In this document: one piece after another, positions 1-14,467 of the stretch
Layout: each line of letters opens with the position of its first letter
Numbering within the stretch: the stretch's first letter is position 1
DNA from: Vicugna vicugna
Taxonomy: Eukaryota
Length of the DNA: 64,000 bases
NCBI GenBank assembly: GCA_013265495.1
Contig: MU058844.1
Span: 2,707,520 to 2,771,519, forward strand
Direction of reading: 5' to 3'
Made by a program: the position numbers and the translations under genes
The notes under the pieces: model-generated
Seen by the model: only the letters and a program-made list of their open reading frames with translations
What the model was told of the DNA's origin: nothing
Database searches by the model: none

Positions 1-929
1 AAAATTCTATAAACACAGATTAGGGGCAAATTTTACCTTGAAGATTCAAGGACAAGTAGCCACTGATTTCTCTGCTTCATGGGGTTTTCAAGCCAGAAAG
101 TGATGATTCCAAGATTTCTGGAGTCTTACAACAATCATGAGAGAGAGAAAAGGTAAAAATCTTACCTTTCTTCTCTGATAAACTTTATGGGTTCTTACTG
201 ACCAAAGATGGAAGCCTATCCTCTCTTCTTGGGAGTGCCACAGAATATATTTTGCAGGTGCCTGCACACCCATACACAAAATCTGTGGTAATGAACTGTT
301 CCTTTCTAACTAATGCCAGTTGTAGAAAAATTTTTAGTTATTTAAGGGCAAGGAAAAGTCTCTTCCACTGTGCCCCTGAGTGTTTGAGATATAGAGGGTA
401 ATTAGCATGTACTAATTGGAGAGACTTATATAATCAAATTTAAATCAAATAACCTCCTTTCTTTATGACTTCACATCATTCATGCCCTCGGAATTTCAGA
501 AATTTCAAGTCAGCTGTTCTCCAGCAACCAACTGCAAATGAGCTGCCTTAGGAATATATCTGCCTATAATTCCCCTTTCAGAACACAAAATTCATGAAAA
601 TTTCTGGGGTAAATTATTCATGTTCCACATTCATAGTCAAGATTGTTTTAATTTTAGGTAATTCATGTCAGTGGACTTGAGCTCAACGCAAGTCCCAAAG
701 TATCTGTGAGCTACTGTTATTTTATATTTCACATTATTTAAATAATGAGGTTATTATTTTGTACCCAACATGTGCAGAGAGCCCACTGATGCATTTGTAA
801 TATACTTTATCTTGGTTAATGTTAATTAACTAAACACTTTGAAAATGTGTACTTTCATCCTTCATTTCAGAGAAGGAAACTGAAACTCAAGTGTTTTCAA
901 GTTAGACAGAGTCTGCCAACAACATCTCT

Positions 930-1390
930 AGTGACTACGCTTTCCTTCCTTCTTATTTAGCAGAATACCGATGTTGGTGTTGGCTAAGTTCCTGACGAAA
1001 AAGCATTTTTCAGACTCCTGTGCTGATACGGGGAGCCACGTAATAATATTTCTGGACAATAAGATATAAGTGGATTTATTGGGGAGGATTTCTGGGAAAG
1101 CATCTCAAATAGGAAATGGACTCATACAGTACCACATGTATCCCCTTTGCCCTTAGCACATTTCCCTTCTTCTCCCCAGAAATACAGAGGTATAGGCCAA
1201 AGCTCCAGCACGCACCTTGAGCAGACTATGAGAGAAAGGCCAAGAAAAATCAGCCCTGACATCCTTGAGACATCAGGCTGCCTACTTCTGAATTTCTTGT
1301 TTTGAGGGAGTAACACAACAGCTACATTGCTTAAACCATTGTCTCTGGGATTATTTGTTACATATGCAGCTGAACTCTGACCTTAACTTT
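930..1390 (+). mobile_element. Old MaLR LTR (MLT1J/K-like), diverged
   Basis: 3' end 'ttgcttaaaccattgtctctgggattatttgttacatatgcagctgaac' resembles the MLT1 LTR terminus; boundaries approximate. Confidence 0.6.
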
Positions 1391-1874
1391 TACATTCAGT
1401 GACAAGCCCAAGGTCCTATAGCTATAAAAAAATGTAATTTCTTCTGATCCCATAGTCAATAAAGAGTACTAAGAGCAGAAATTCCCAATGTTAAATCAGC
1501 TAGTCAAAGCAATAGTTAAGGACTTGCATGCAGGGCTAGAATTAGAATTACCCATTACACTCATCTGCATCCTGAGAATAATAGGAAAAAAAAGGCTCTC
1601 TACTGTGTTCTTTCTTGTTTGTAATTAAGCATTCACCAAGTATTATTAAAAGCTTACTATCAACAGATAATGTGTTGTTGGTCTACAGACCAAGGACTGA
1701 CAATGTAACTATTGCCAAGAAGCTTACAGTCTAGTTTGGTGGATATTTCAAATAAATAATTAAGTGAAGAATTACAGTAATTCTGTAGAATTATAATAAT
1801 GCGATAAATCCTATTATATGTAATTGTGATAGCACACAATAAAAAGTCTATTCCAGTCTGTGGGATCAGAGAAG

Positions 1875-2245
1875 ACTTTGGAGATACTAAGGCACACAAA
1901 AATTTTTAAGAGTTTATTTGAGCAAACATCAATTCTAACTGGGTGGTACATCAAAACAAAACTCGTTAGGAGCAGTCTGCCAACAGGAGCTAGGGTAAAG
2001 CTATATATGGAGAAGATGCAGGAAAAAAGCAAGAACATTATTTGATTGGTTACAGATTAAACTGTTGCCTTATTGAAGAAATATTATTTGGCTAGTTGCG
2101 ATCGGTTGCTTTTAGGTTTAGGTTTCTTAACTCTGAGGTATTTACAGGAATTTACTCTGGCTTAGGTTTTGGTTTGCTTACTTAGTTGCCAGGGCATTAG
2201 AGCCACCTAAGGTCTAATGGACTTTTTTTTTTAATTGCTTTAACA
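1875..2245 (-). mobile_element. ERV1-type solo LTR (MER34/MER39-like)
   Basis: Minus strand starts TGTTAAAGCAATT, contains CCAAT (aaccaatc) and AATAAA (aataaactc) in LTR order; left boundary approximate. Confidence 0.6.
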
Positions 2246-2259
2246 GTGAGGATGTGAGA

Positions 2260-2990
2260 TTTTTGCTGACTTCTGAAAGATAAGTGTGAATTAGTCAGGT
2301 GACTGACGGGAGCAAAGATTCAGACATAAGAAACAGCATGTGTAAAGGTCCTGAGATTTAATAAAGGTGGGGAGAAATGGTTCACAATTAAGTTGAAGAA
2401 GTAGGCCTTTAATATAGGCCCTTTCAAGCTGTTCTGAGATTTTAGGATTTCTCCCAAAAGTACTGGAAACAATGAAAGACTTGTAAATGGAAGTGGGATA
2501 TAACCAAATGGCTTTTGGGGTTAAAAGGAAAAAAAAAAAAAAAAAAAAAACCCTAACTGAAGTATTTAAACAAATGGTTTGGAGCAAGACAAGAGGAAGC
2601 AGAACTATTATTTAAGATACTACCATTGTAGTAGTTCAGGTTGAAAAAAAAATGGTGAATTAAATACAATGGTAACAGAGGAGTGAGAAGGAAGTAGATA
2701 GATTCAATAAGTATTTAAGAGAAAGTTGCCTCTGGATATAAAGGCTAACTGGACAGCAGTAGGCTAAAAATAAAGATAAAGAGTGACTTTCTTGTTTCTA
2801 GCTATGAACAACTGAGTGGATACTGTTATACACTACCAAGATAGAGAATGAGGGAGAAGACACAATTTTTAAGGGAAAGAGCTTTAATCCAGTGTAATGA
2901 ATCTGAGGTACCTATAACACATCCAGATGTAGATACTGAGTAAGCAGTTGGGTACAAAGGACTAAGCTCAAGGGAAGTCTGGGATAATGT
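2260..2990 (-). mobile_element. L2 LINE fragment
   Basis: Purine-rich antisense L2 motifs such as 'aacagcatgtgtaaaggtcctgag' and 'acatccagatgtagatactgagtaagcagttggg'. Confidence 0.65.
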
Positions 2991-5079
2991 TCTAATTGTG
3001 GACAACTTTATGTGTTTATTGTCACACTTCTACTTTTTTTCTTTCTAGATTAGAAGCTCTTTGCACTGCCAGTAAGCAGTTTTATGCTAATGAGGATTAG
3101 GTAGCTCACTGTATCTTCATCCATTCTACTTGACTTGCGAATGATTCCCTCTCTTGGTAATTTCAAATGAGTTACTTGACAATCTAACTCTCAAAAAGCA
3201 CCTTCATCACTGATCTGTATCATTGATCTGCCTCCTACAACCTATTACATAATAGTGAGAAAAATAATACCAATGATTTAATGAACACATAAATGTTCTA
3301 GGCACTGCTGCATTCTTTGTGTATGTAATTTCTAATCGTCTCAGCAGTTCTATTTCAACAGTATTTTGTACGGTGGGAATGAGATTCAGAGAGATCGCAT
3401 CTATCAAGGTATTCCTGTGGTGAGTGGGAGGCTTGCCTTCCATCCTCAGTCTCTCAGACTCCCACATTGTCCCTAAGTGTTCCCACTGAGGAGCTGGTTT
3501 AAAAAAAAAAAAAGCTTCATGGTAGTGACAGAAACAAGTACTAGCTTTTCTTAAATTAGTCTCAGATACTACATGCAAATATTCCAGAAGCATTTCAGAG
3601 AGTGTTGAGTTTCTTTCCTAAGGAAAGCTACAGTTAGAGATATGAGTGACATTCAGAATGTAGCTGCAAGACCAAATTTTATATTTACTCCCTTTGTTTA
3701 CTTTTATAAGGGAGATGAACAATAGAGGCTTCCATTTCATCACTTTATAAAGTAATATGTCAAAATAGGCCTAAAAAGTCCACTTGTTTTAATAAAGATC
3801 TCAGTAGGGTATTAACTTAGAGTATTTATGATGAATGGCAATTTAATTTCTAAGGAAATAGCAAAATGCTTTGTCTGTAGCGGGACAGCCAGGTTCTGAT
3901 TCAGTGTTTACTAATTCCAATAATTTGGCACATTAATAGGATATGTGGGTGCGGTGAAGAGAAACATCTTTAGACCTCATTTTGACTTTATCCCAATCAT
4001 TTCACTTTTTGGGGGGGCAAAGCCTTACTCTTCAGATGTTGCTCATTTTTCTCAAATGATAAGCCTTAATATGAAGGTGATCTTTTCTTAGTAGATTATT
4101 TCTTCAAGCACAGAATACAAATTAATGATGTAAACTATGTATTTTAAAAACCATTATAAATAGTGTAGAGTAGAAATGGAAATACCCGCAAATGACTTAA
4201 ACATACTTATTTTCATTTTCAGATATGTTTCTTGTAATTTATCTGGTACAATGTTTTCAAAATGATTTTTGAGTATGTTTATTTTAAATATTTAAAACTA
4301 AAATTTCTTTAAAAATAAAATCTACCAGTTTTCCTAGTATAAAAATAATTTTGAAAAATACATTAAAATATTATTTTCAGTTTGATATATTTACTTTCTG
4401 CTCTTTTCATCTTATGACTGTGATTATAAGATATACACAATTTGTGTTTTGATAGCCTAGTGTGATAGCTCAGTTTGACTGATTATTTTGTTTGTGAAAA
4501 GTACCAAATGACATTGTAAATTAGCTTTGGAGCCTTTTATCAATTCAACATGCTTCCCAGCAAATACACAATATATGAACTCGAAATTAGATGAACAACT
4601 TGATCGGTGCCTGCAGCACTGAAGCAGTGATTCCAGGAGATACTTCAGAAATGATGCAAAATTTAAGTCCACTGTTCTCCAGTGAGTTTATCCTAAATGC
4701 CTCCAGAATCATGGTTTCTTCATCCCTTTTACCTCAAGGAAGTGTCTCTAATTGGGAAGGTCTACCCTGGAACCATTCAGGGAAGGAGATTCTGGGAAAA
4801 ACATTTGTATGAGGATGTGGTATGATGCCACGTCAAGAGCAAATTATCTAGCACATATTCTTATAGAGAAGTTGAAAAAGACCGAAGATCTCCAATGTTT
4901 CTTGATTTGATCATGCTCACTAAAACATCATTATCACTTCTTCTTGCCTATATGTACTCCAAGTGCTCTTAAATTCAAAAACAAAAACAAACAAACAAAC
5001 AAAAAAAAGGAACCTTACCGTTAGATTCTACCAAAAATGACTACAGTAAAGACTGAATGCAAAGTCCAGTCTTAGACCT

Positions 5080-6575
5080 CTTTCTTTGCCATCTACATTT
5101 ACTTTCTAGGTCTTCGAATACAGATCTGTAGCTTGAATTATCACCTAAACTGACAATACCCAAATCTGTATTTCCAGCCTAGACTTTTTCCCTTCTACCA
5201 TCAAATATTTCCATAATCCAACTAAATTTCACTTCCATAATCTACTTCTTTAATCTAAGGTAAACATGATAAATTAACTGCTGCTTAACCAGATTCTCAG
5301 CTTTGGCCTTCAGCCTCTTATTCTCAAGGAAGTAGACAGAACCAGGAATCCCACTCCTGGGCATATATCCAGAAGGAACCCTACTTCAACATGACACCTG
5401 CACCCCAATGTTCATAGCAGCACTATTTACAATAGCCAAGACATGGAAACAGCCTAAATGTCCATCAACAGATGACTGGATAAAGAAGATGAAGTATATT
5501 TATACAACAGACTACTACTCAGCCATAAAAAACGACAACATAATGCCATTTGCAGCAACATGGATGCTCCTGGAGAATGTCATTCTAAGTGAAGTAAGCC
5601 AGAAAGAGAAAGAAAAATACCATATGAGATCGCTCATATATGGAATCTAAAAAAAAAAAACAAAAACAAAGCATAAATACAAAACAGAAATAGACTCACA
5701 CACATAGAACATAAACTTGTAATTGCCAAGGGGACGGGGGGTAGAAAGAGACAGACTGGTATTTCAAAATTGTAGAATAGATAAACAAGATTCTACTGTA
5801 TAGCACGGGGAAATATATGTAAGATCTTATGGTAGCTCACAGAGAAAAAAATGTGACAATGAATATATACATGTTCATGTATAACTGAAAAATTGTGCTC
5901 TACACTGGAATTTGACACAACATTGTAAAATGATTATAAGTCAATTTAAAAGATGTTAAAAAAAAAAAGTAGACAGAGCATATAGGTGATTCTTTTAAAA
6001 TGATGTATCATGTCATTCCTCTGCCCAAAAACCTATAGTGGCTTCCCTTTTTGCAAACAACAACAAAAATAATAACAACAAAGACAAACTTATTGCAATG
6101 CCCTACAAGGCCCTTGGATATATGGCAAACATTATCTTCCCCATGTCACTTTCTGTTACACTCCCCAACACTTGTTTTCTTCCAGCCCCACTAACTAAAC
6201 TTATTGTTTCTCTGCTACACCAAGTATCCTCCCATATCAGGATCTTTGCATTTGCTTTTCCCTATGCTTCAAGTACTTCAATTAACTCAGGATTCTGATC
6301 AACAGACACCTATGCAATGAAGCCTTTCCTGACCTCTCTATATAAAATAATATCTTAACCAACCAAGCCATCTCCTCCTTTTGAATACTTCAATTATTCT
6401 TTGGCAAATGTCAATATATAGGATGTATTTGTCTGTTTTTCTCTTTCCCTCCACTGGATTTTTAACTCCATGAGGGTTAGAACTTTAACTCACTGCTACA
6501 TCCACAGATCGAAGAACAGAGCCCAACACTCTGTAAATACTAGATAAGTAATCAGTGAATAAATAAATAAATAAA
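5080..6575 (+). mobile_element. L2 3' region interrupted by a young L1
   Basis: 'ttcctctgcccaaaacctatagtggcttccc', 'ctttgcatttgcttttccc' and terminal 'gtgaataaataaataaat' are L2 3'-end motifs lying on both sides of the L1 at 5341-5966. Confidence 0.65.
5341..5966 (+). mobile_element. 5'-truncated young L1 (ORF2 C-terminus, 3'UTR, poly(A))
   Basis: ORF 5408-5650 ([20 protein letters not shown]...) is the L1 ORF2 C-terminal region; A-tail; 11-bp TSD AAGTAGACAGA at 5330-5340 and 5967-5977. Confidence 0.95.
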
Positions 6576-8339
6576 ATTCGAGTAGTGTAGAGAAATGATA
6601 ACAGACAAGTGTGATCATTAAGCAAGCATTTGAGTTTAACAATAATAGGTTAAGTACATTGTAATATCCAAAAAGAAGATGGTCTACTGTATAGTGAAGC
6701 TCATTTATGTTTACTGAATATCAAGAATTCTTATTCAATTTGACATGTAGTTGGTTGTTTCTATTTTATTTCGCTCTGTATTAGTATAATGTGTTATCAG
6801 GCTTGGACTAGCCCTTCTTCACATAATAGCACAGTAATTCCAGGCTCTGCAGAAAAGGGAGATTATGCCATTTTCTGACTTTCAAAATAAGTATTACCAA
6901 AGCAAAAAAAAGAAAAAAAATCATTTCTTTTATGGTAACTGGAGATTTAGTGTGAATTGATATTTAACTGGCTTAGCAGCCACATCTCCCAGCATTTTCC
7001 ACTGACAATTTCTACTTGAGTCTTCTCCTTTCTTCCTCCTCCTTAACTTTACACATTGTCTTCCCTCAGTCTGAATGGTTTTCCAGCATTGATTTGCTCA
7101 TAACCTTTTTCTCTGCTTCTGAGATTCATGTCAAGTGCCCAATTACCTAACCTGCCTTTCCTTAAATCATATAAGTAGATCAAGTTACTTCTTCTTAAGA
7201 TATTATTGCACCATCAACACATATCTCAAAAGAAGAAATTATAAATATCATATAGATATTGCTAGTGCTTTTGATACTGCCTCACCTAGAGTAGGTACTT
7301 ATTAAATGTTTTCTGAATGGATGAAAATGCATATAGGAAACAAACTGGCATTCAAAGATGAGTGGGAGTTCCTGAATTCTTACATTTAGCATTGTAATCA
7401 GACTGTTCTATATCCCAGAGACAAAGTTCTGCACTGAGGGGGGTAAAAAAGCACTATTTTTTGCAATGTCATATACCTTGAACTCTGAGGGACAAAAAAA
7501 ATTTAATTTCCTAATGTGCAAATATAATTTAGAGATATTAAACTAGCAAATTCTTCATTCAAGTTAAGCTTTATTTTTACCCAATATGTTTATATATACT
7601 TTAATATCTATAAATTTTACTTCTGTGAAAACTGATGAACCTAGTAAAGATTAATCATGCACTTTTGTATATGCAGAGCTTTTTTATTTTTTTAAAAAGT
7701 GAGATTTTGATTCTTATAGTTAGAAAAATTATGAAATAAAGTTCATTCCTAACTCCATCACCTCTTGAAACCCTACTCCCTCCCCATTCTTATTGGCATG
7801 TAAATTTGTCTTCTCTACCAAGTTGAGTCATTTGAAATGGGAACATTACTTTATTAGAACCTACTCGGGTCAAGTTAATCTGAAGAAAATATAAGGAAAG
7901 AAAAAAGTTGCTAGGTCATATGAATACAGAAAAGTATATGCAGAAAATCATAAGTTACAAATGAATAGTATATGAAACAAAGTTTCTAAATAATTAATTT
8001 TTTGAAAGACCTCTATTTTACTAATTTTAGAAATTAAAATATATAATGCTAAAATGGCTGCTTCTCCAAAACCTGTATGAAAAGCAAGAAGACAAAATGC
8101 TCATTATGAGTTTGGTGGTTTTAACAGTATGTCCATAATTTTTTTTATATTCCTCCCTTTGAGAACTGGAACTCAGTTCCTCCTACTTTAAGTATGAGAT
8201 AGACTTAGTGATCTACTTCTAGCAAACAAACAAACAAAAACTGTAGATGGATAGGAATCATATCCATGATTAGGTTACAAAAGGATTTCAGCTTGTATTT
8301 TGTATATATTCAATCTCAATCTCTCCGTCTCTGTCTCTG

Positions 8340-9165
8340 ATAAGGATTGTGTTGGATCTATAGATGGCTTTGAATAGTATGGAAAGTTTAACAAATATTA
8401 GCAAGCTGAATTCAAAAAAATTAAAAGGATTCTACATCATGATCAAGTGGGATTTACCCCTGGGATGCAAGAATGGTTCAACATACGCAAATCAATAAAT
8501 GAGATACACTACATTAACAGAACAAGAGGTAAAAATTATATGATCATCTCAATAGACACAGAATAAGCATCTGACAAAATGCAACATCCTTTCATGATAA
8601 AAATCCTTAAAGGCAAATATAGCAGGAACATACCTCAACATAATGAAGGCCATATATGACAAAACCACAGCTAACATTATACATAATGGTGAAAAATTAC
8701 AAACTTTTTCTCTAAGATCAGGGACAAGACAAAGATGCTCACTCTTACCACTCTAACTTAATATAGTATTGGAAACCTAGCTAGAGCAATTAGGCCAAAG
8801 TAATAAAAGGCATCCAGATGAGAAAGGAAGAAGATTGTCATTATTTGTAGGTTATATGATTTTATACATAGAAAATCCCAAAGAGTCAACTAAAGATCTG
8901 TTAGAACTAATCCAGTTAAGTTACAGAACATAAAATAAACATACAGAAATCAATTGCATTTGTATATACTAACATCTGACAAAGAAATAAAGAAGAAAAT
9001 CACATTTACAAATCAAAAACAAGAAAACATCTAGGAATGAATTCAACCAAGGATATGAAAGAACTGTACAACAAAAACGGCAAGGTATTGTTGAAAGAAA
9101 CCAAAGAAGACATAAACAGGGAGAAAGACATCTCCTGTTCATGGATGAGAACAATTAATATTATC
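8340..9165. mobile_element. L1 ORF2 (reverse transcriptase region) fragment with inversion junction
   Basis: 8390-9165 is sense ORF2 ('catcatgatcaagtgggatttacccctgggatgcaagaatggttcaacatacgcaaatcaataaatg'); 8340-8399 is the continuation of the same consensus on the minus strand. Confidence 0.9.
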
Positions 9166-9169
9166 ATGT

Positions 9170-9590
9170 ATTTATTGTTTCACAGTTTGTATGGATCAGG
9201 AGCCCAGCTCAGGAGGATCCAGCTGAGAGTTTCACAAAGCTGAATCATGGCTGAGCTGAATTTCTTTCTGGAATAAGGGTAGTCTTCAAGCTGCTGTTTG
9301 GTAATATTAATTTCCTTGCAGTTGTAGAATTCACGATGGCTTGCTTTTTCCAGGCCAGCAGGAAAGCCTGTCTAACATCTAGACTCCCTTTTAAATGGTT
9401 CACCTGAATAGTCAGGCCCATCCAGGATAATTTTCATCTGACAAATTTAAAGTCAACATATTAAAAACTTTAATTACAGCTGAAAATTCCCTTCACTTTT
9501 GTTATATATTATTAATCAGGAGGGACTGTATAAAGGTGTTGATATCAGAGGTCAGGAATTGAGGCCTATCTTAAAATTCTGCCTGCCAGA
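9170..9590 (-). mobile_element. MLT1E-like MaLR LTR
   Basis: Minus strand begins 'tggcaggcagaattttaagataggcctc', matching the recalled MLT1E start TGTGGTAGGCAGAATTCTAAGATGGCC. Confidence 0.7.
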
Positions 9591-11169
9591 GACTAAATCA
9601 GAACAACCCATCTAAGCTGCTCCCAATTTCCGAACTCCTGTGAGAAAATAAATGTTTGTTGTATTAAGTTTTGGGATGTTTCATTACACAGCAATAGATG
9701 ACTAATACCATGAGATTATACTTGCATGAACTACATTCAAGGAAGAAGTATACAATATCATCCCTCTTCTTCTTCTCTTTGTTCAGAAATCCCTTTCTGC
9801 TGGAAGCAGATCTTAAAAGAGTACTATATTAAGTAAGGGTACAATCTTTGGGTTTCACATGAAGACCTTACAGGAAAAAATAGCACAAAGAACTAGAATA
9901 TAATCCCAATACTCAAAAATCAATTTTGGAAATTTATACAGAATTGGCACTAACTCTTAGATCAAATCTTTTAAAAAGCTTTAATATAATACCATCCTTG
10001 AGGTCATAGTAGAATAGACATTCAGAGGCAGAATCATCAAATGGCCAAATGAAATCAGTGAAAATCTCTACTAAAAGAGAGATTTTAGTAATCAGTAACT
10101 AAAATTACTAAACATCAGTAATTAAAATTCTTCATATTGAAATTATAAAATACTTTATTTTCATTAAAAACAAATGCTCATTAAATGAAATTCTGTTTTG
10201 TAACAAATGGGGTTAAAAGTTTCCATACAGGTGTGTTATACAACCTTTCCTTATTACTTAGTAGGGATAACAAGAATAGTGTCAGTGATGTGTGTTTATG
10301 TAAAAAAGATTATTTCATTATACATGAAACTGAAAGTTAATGAAAATAAGTCTAACCTTTAAATTCACAAAGAGGATTTCTGTAGAACCTCTCTTTCCCA
10401 ATATATAACTGATCTTATTGGGATTAAACATTTTTATTGTGTGTGAGTTAATTACGCATTACTCAAAAGTCATGGATTGTTTATAGTTCATCATACTTTC
10501 AAACACTTGTTAGTTACTTAACTTGCTATTTATATTAACTTCTTTAGTGTCATAGAAAATCAATTTTAATAAAATAATCAATTCAAAAAGATAACATTAA
10601 AAAATAGTTATTACTTCTGTCTTGGGGATAAAAGCCAAAAAAGCTAAAGAAGACAGCTCTGCTTTGGTGAGATTATTTGTATAAATCAAATAGATGAAGG
10701 GGAGATGAGGAACTAAGAAATACAACTATAGGAATGTGGATTTTGAGTTCATTTCAATTTGTCTTTATTATTTTGGAGAATTTCTAGTATTGAAATGATA
10801 TCTTCATTCACATATAAGTATAAACATTTTAAAAGTCAAATATAAAGTGACTTCAGACTCTCTGCCTTTTTGCTTATTATATATTACCACTTTTGCAACA
10901 CTGAGAATAATAAAGAGTTGATCCTTTGGGCAATCCTACATCCTGTCTTCATGGCCAGAAGCACAACTTCAAAGGAGAAGTGATGAAAATAAGACAGCAG
11001 AAGGAAATAGTAAGCAATCAAAATTCCTTTCCTGAGGAGAAAGAGACCTCTGATATTAACTGATGATAAGGCAATTTATAAATACAAGAATTCCAAAAAA
11101 GGAACTTTATAAGGCTATCTTTATAATAAACTGTAGAAACAGGATTTAGGGTAATGTTGCACGGAGGCA

Positions 11170-11375
11170 TGAGCTTTGAAAAAGCATTTCTATGCCCATT
11201 ATTTCATTTCACTTTCCTAAGTTTCCTGTGAATGACTAAGGTAGCAGACATCCCTGCCTTTGGCAGATGAGAAATTGAGTCTCAGAAACACTGGTATTGG
11301 TTCAAGTTCTCATGGTGATTAAACAGTAGACCTAGGAATGAAATTCAAGCCTTATGATTAGTTTTCTGACGTTTT
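11170..11375 (-). mobile_element. MIR SINE
   Basis: Core 'cagatgagaaattgagtctcagaaa'. Confidence 0.7.
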
Positions 11376-12794
11376 TTCCACTAGGAAATGCTGCCTTGAC
11401 TTATCCACTGAAAACGTCTTTAAAACTGAATCTCCGTGAACTAATAAGAGCCAAAGAATCTTAATTTTTAAATGAGAATGTTAGAATTGTATAACTCTCA
11501 GACTCATAGAAATCATCCAAGAGAGTTAAAGAGACAGCTTTGGTCATACAGTCAGCCTTGCAAAAGAGCTTGGTATGGTAGATTTTAGCATTTTACTGAT
11601 GAGAAGTGGTAAAGATTAAGGGTAAGATTAGACAGTTAAAGAGCACTGGAACCATGAGTCTCCATCTCATGCAGCTGCTGGAGTCTAGTGCAAATTAGGG
11701 ATTTCTAGGTACATTAACCTCAAACTGAAGTGTTCAAACCCCAGAATCACTGTCTAAGGACGTGTGTGGATAAACTGGACATATTTTTCCAGAGTGGATT
11801 TTATTCAGTACTGGGCACTATAACATAATTTTTCTATACAAATGCAATCACAAATATATCACAGCCTTCAAAAATAAAATGAATTATTAAAATAAAAGAG
11901 AAGACTTCAATGGTATTTCTCATCTTTGTGGTTTCTCAAATTCTACCCCAAAGCTTCATGGGTATTTATTAACATTCCTGTGAGGTTGGGGCATTCTTTG
12001 GAAAAAGTTAGGCAAGCATTGCTTTAGGAGATAAAGGAAATTCCTTCCTTTCATCTCTCTCCATGATACAATCCTCCAGCATAAACCCAGATTCTAATTC
12101 ACATTCTTTTCTTAAAATCCCAGTTCACATCATCATCATTAACTAGTCTATAATTTAGGGGTTCCTTATACTTCTTAAAACATATATTCTAAACCCTCTG
12201 ATTAGACAGAAAGACATCTCCTTCAAAAGTTGGATAAAGGAACAGCTGTGTGTGTGGTTTCCGAACTCAACACTTCTATTCTAAATAATTGCAATGTTGC
12301 CAGTTTTGCACTGACTTCTCGTTGTTGACTTATGGTTCCTGCTTCATTTGGCATGCTTTCTGGACTTGCGTGTTGGGCCTACCTTAGAACTTCAACTTCT
12401 ATGTCTCACCTAACTCATAGTCCCTTTCCTTTCCCTGCCACTCACTCAACCTCTATAAGCTATAACCCCTCTTTTTGCTACACCACATCTGTAACACTTC
12501 CAAAACAATCAAGAATGATATTCTACTTAAAAACTGACATAGAAATTGAATGAAAGAATAAATGGAATATACAGAACTCTCTGACTCTCTTCAAACATCA
12601 AAAATAAAATAATTTTGCCATCCACACTGGGCTGTCATTGAAGTTCCACTGTTTGTTCTTCCTTGACCCTGCCTCCAGATTTCTAAGATAATAAAAATGT
12701 ATATATTTTATCTGTCTGTCTTAAAATACTAACTTGGTTTAACAGTTTCAAGTGTTTTTTGAGATGTTAATGAAATACATTTTTTCTTCTTCTT

Positions 12795-13660
12795 TTATGA
12801 ATACACTTTATTTTTAGAGCAATTTCAGGTTTTAAAAAAATTGAGAAGATAGTACAGAGAAATCCCATATACCTCCTCTTTACCTCCTCACAGTTTACCC
12901 TATTATTAACATCTTGCATTTCTGTAGTATATTTGTTACAGTTGATGAATCAAAACCGATAAAATATCATTAACTAAAGCCATAGTTCACATTTTGCTTC
13001 CTTCTTGGTGTTATATAGTTCTAGGGATTTTAACAAATTCAGAATGTCATGGGTCTACCATCACAGAACATCTCACTGCTCTAAAATTCCCCTGTACTTT
13101 ATCTATTCAACCCCTCTTTTCCTGAACCCCTGGCAACCACTAATCTTTTTACTATCTCTATAATTTTGCCTTTTCCAGAATGTCATATACTTAGAATCAT
13201 ACAGTAGGTAGCCATTTCAGACTGGCTTCTTTCATTAAGCAATATGCAATTAAGGTTCCTATGTGGTTTGTGTACGTGTGTGGGTGGCTTGATAGCATAT
13301 TTTTATTGCTGAGTAGTATTTCATTACATAGATAAGCCAGTTTATTTAACTGTTCACCTTTTGAAGGACATCTTGGTTGAAGCGTGGTAAAATTATGAAT
13401 ATAGCTGCTATCAACATTCAAGTGCAGGTTTTTCTGTGGACCTAAGTTTTCAATTTATTTGGGTAAACACCTAGGAATGTGATTTCTGGACCATATGGTA
13501 GGATGATGTTTAGCTTTGTAAGAAACATAAACTGTTTCTCAAAATGGCTGTACCATTTTGCATTTCCACCAGCAATGAATAAAAGTTAATGTTGCTCCAC
13601 ATTTTCACCAACATGTAGTATTGTCAGTTTTTTTGCATTTGGCCATTCTAACAGATGTCA
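12795..13660 (-). mobile_element. L1 3' end (L1MB/L1MC-like)
   Basis: 'tttagagcaatttcaggttt...gtacagagaaatcccatatacc' 3'UTR and ORF2 C-terminal antisense 'ggctgtaccattttgcatttccaccagcaatg'. Confidence 0.88.
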
Positions 13661-14467
13661 AATATTTTTTAAAATTATTTTATTTCACATTGTTTGTTTC
13701 TTTTCAAGGTTCACAGCCTATTGAAATAATAAGCTGTATTCCTGCTAAATTAAAAATAAAACTTAAGCTCTACATGTGTCTAATTCTTTAAAAAGTAAAA
13801 TATTTCTAAATCTAGAAATATCAATAAATATGGTGATAAATTTGAATGAGATAGGAACAGAATACAATAAAAGTCCTCCAAATCCCCACTATTATACAAC
13901 CTAAACTTAGAAGAGACACTTAATACTACCATCTTGAAAGAAATGTTTATATTATTTCCCCTAGGAAGAGCAAGCCAATTCCAGTCTGAGCATCAGAAAT
14001 GAAAGAATAAATGCATGTAATCTGAGCTTTTTAGAATCAATTTCAAAGCCACTTAATTTATTTTTGCTGAGATGCAAGCAAGGTTTCAGACACCTATAAA
14101 TCACCTGATTTACTTTCAGTAAGAAAAAAAGAGATAAGTAGCTTACTAATGGTGTACACAGATTTCTTCACAAATTTCTTCATAAGGAAAGGCTTAGAGA
14201 TGAAATAATCTGTATTTTAATAATATATGTATTTCATGACTATGTGGATTCACATAACTCTTTGGAGAAGGCAACAGTTAGGAGCTTGATGAGGGTCCAC
14301 AGAAAGAAAAGACATCAACAATAACCAGTGTATTTTTCTCCTGAGGGGTGTAAGGTGACACCTTGGGAAGAGGGTGGATTTTACAGACTTGAGGTGGAAA
14401 AAGATTTACTGTCTGGTATATAATAGATGCCCAAGGGTTCTGCAGAGGCTTTGAGGTAGTTACCACA

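Larger units (their letters stand above)
8110..9710 (+). mobile_element. MLT1F/G-like LTR split by nested insertions (5' part ~8110-8340, 3' part ~9590-9710)
   Basis: 5' part resembles the intact MLT1 LTR at 56760; 3' part ends 'aataaatgtttgttgtattaagttttgggatgtttcattacacagcaatagatgactaatac'. Confidence 0.7.

Noticed and set aside
5408..5650. Protein-coding ORFs resembling L1 ORF2 (also 13197, 17627, 24447, 40374, 40694)
   Set aside because: Fragments or antisense frames of truncated L1 copies, not host genes.
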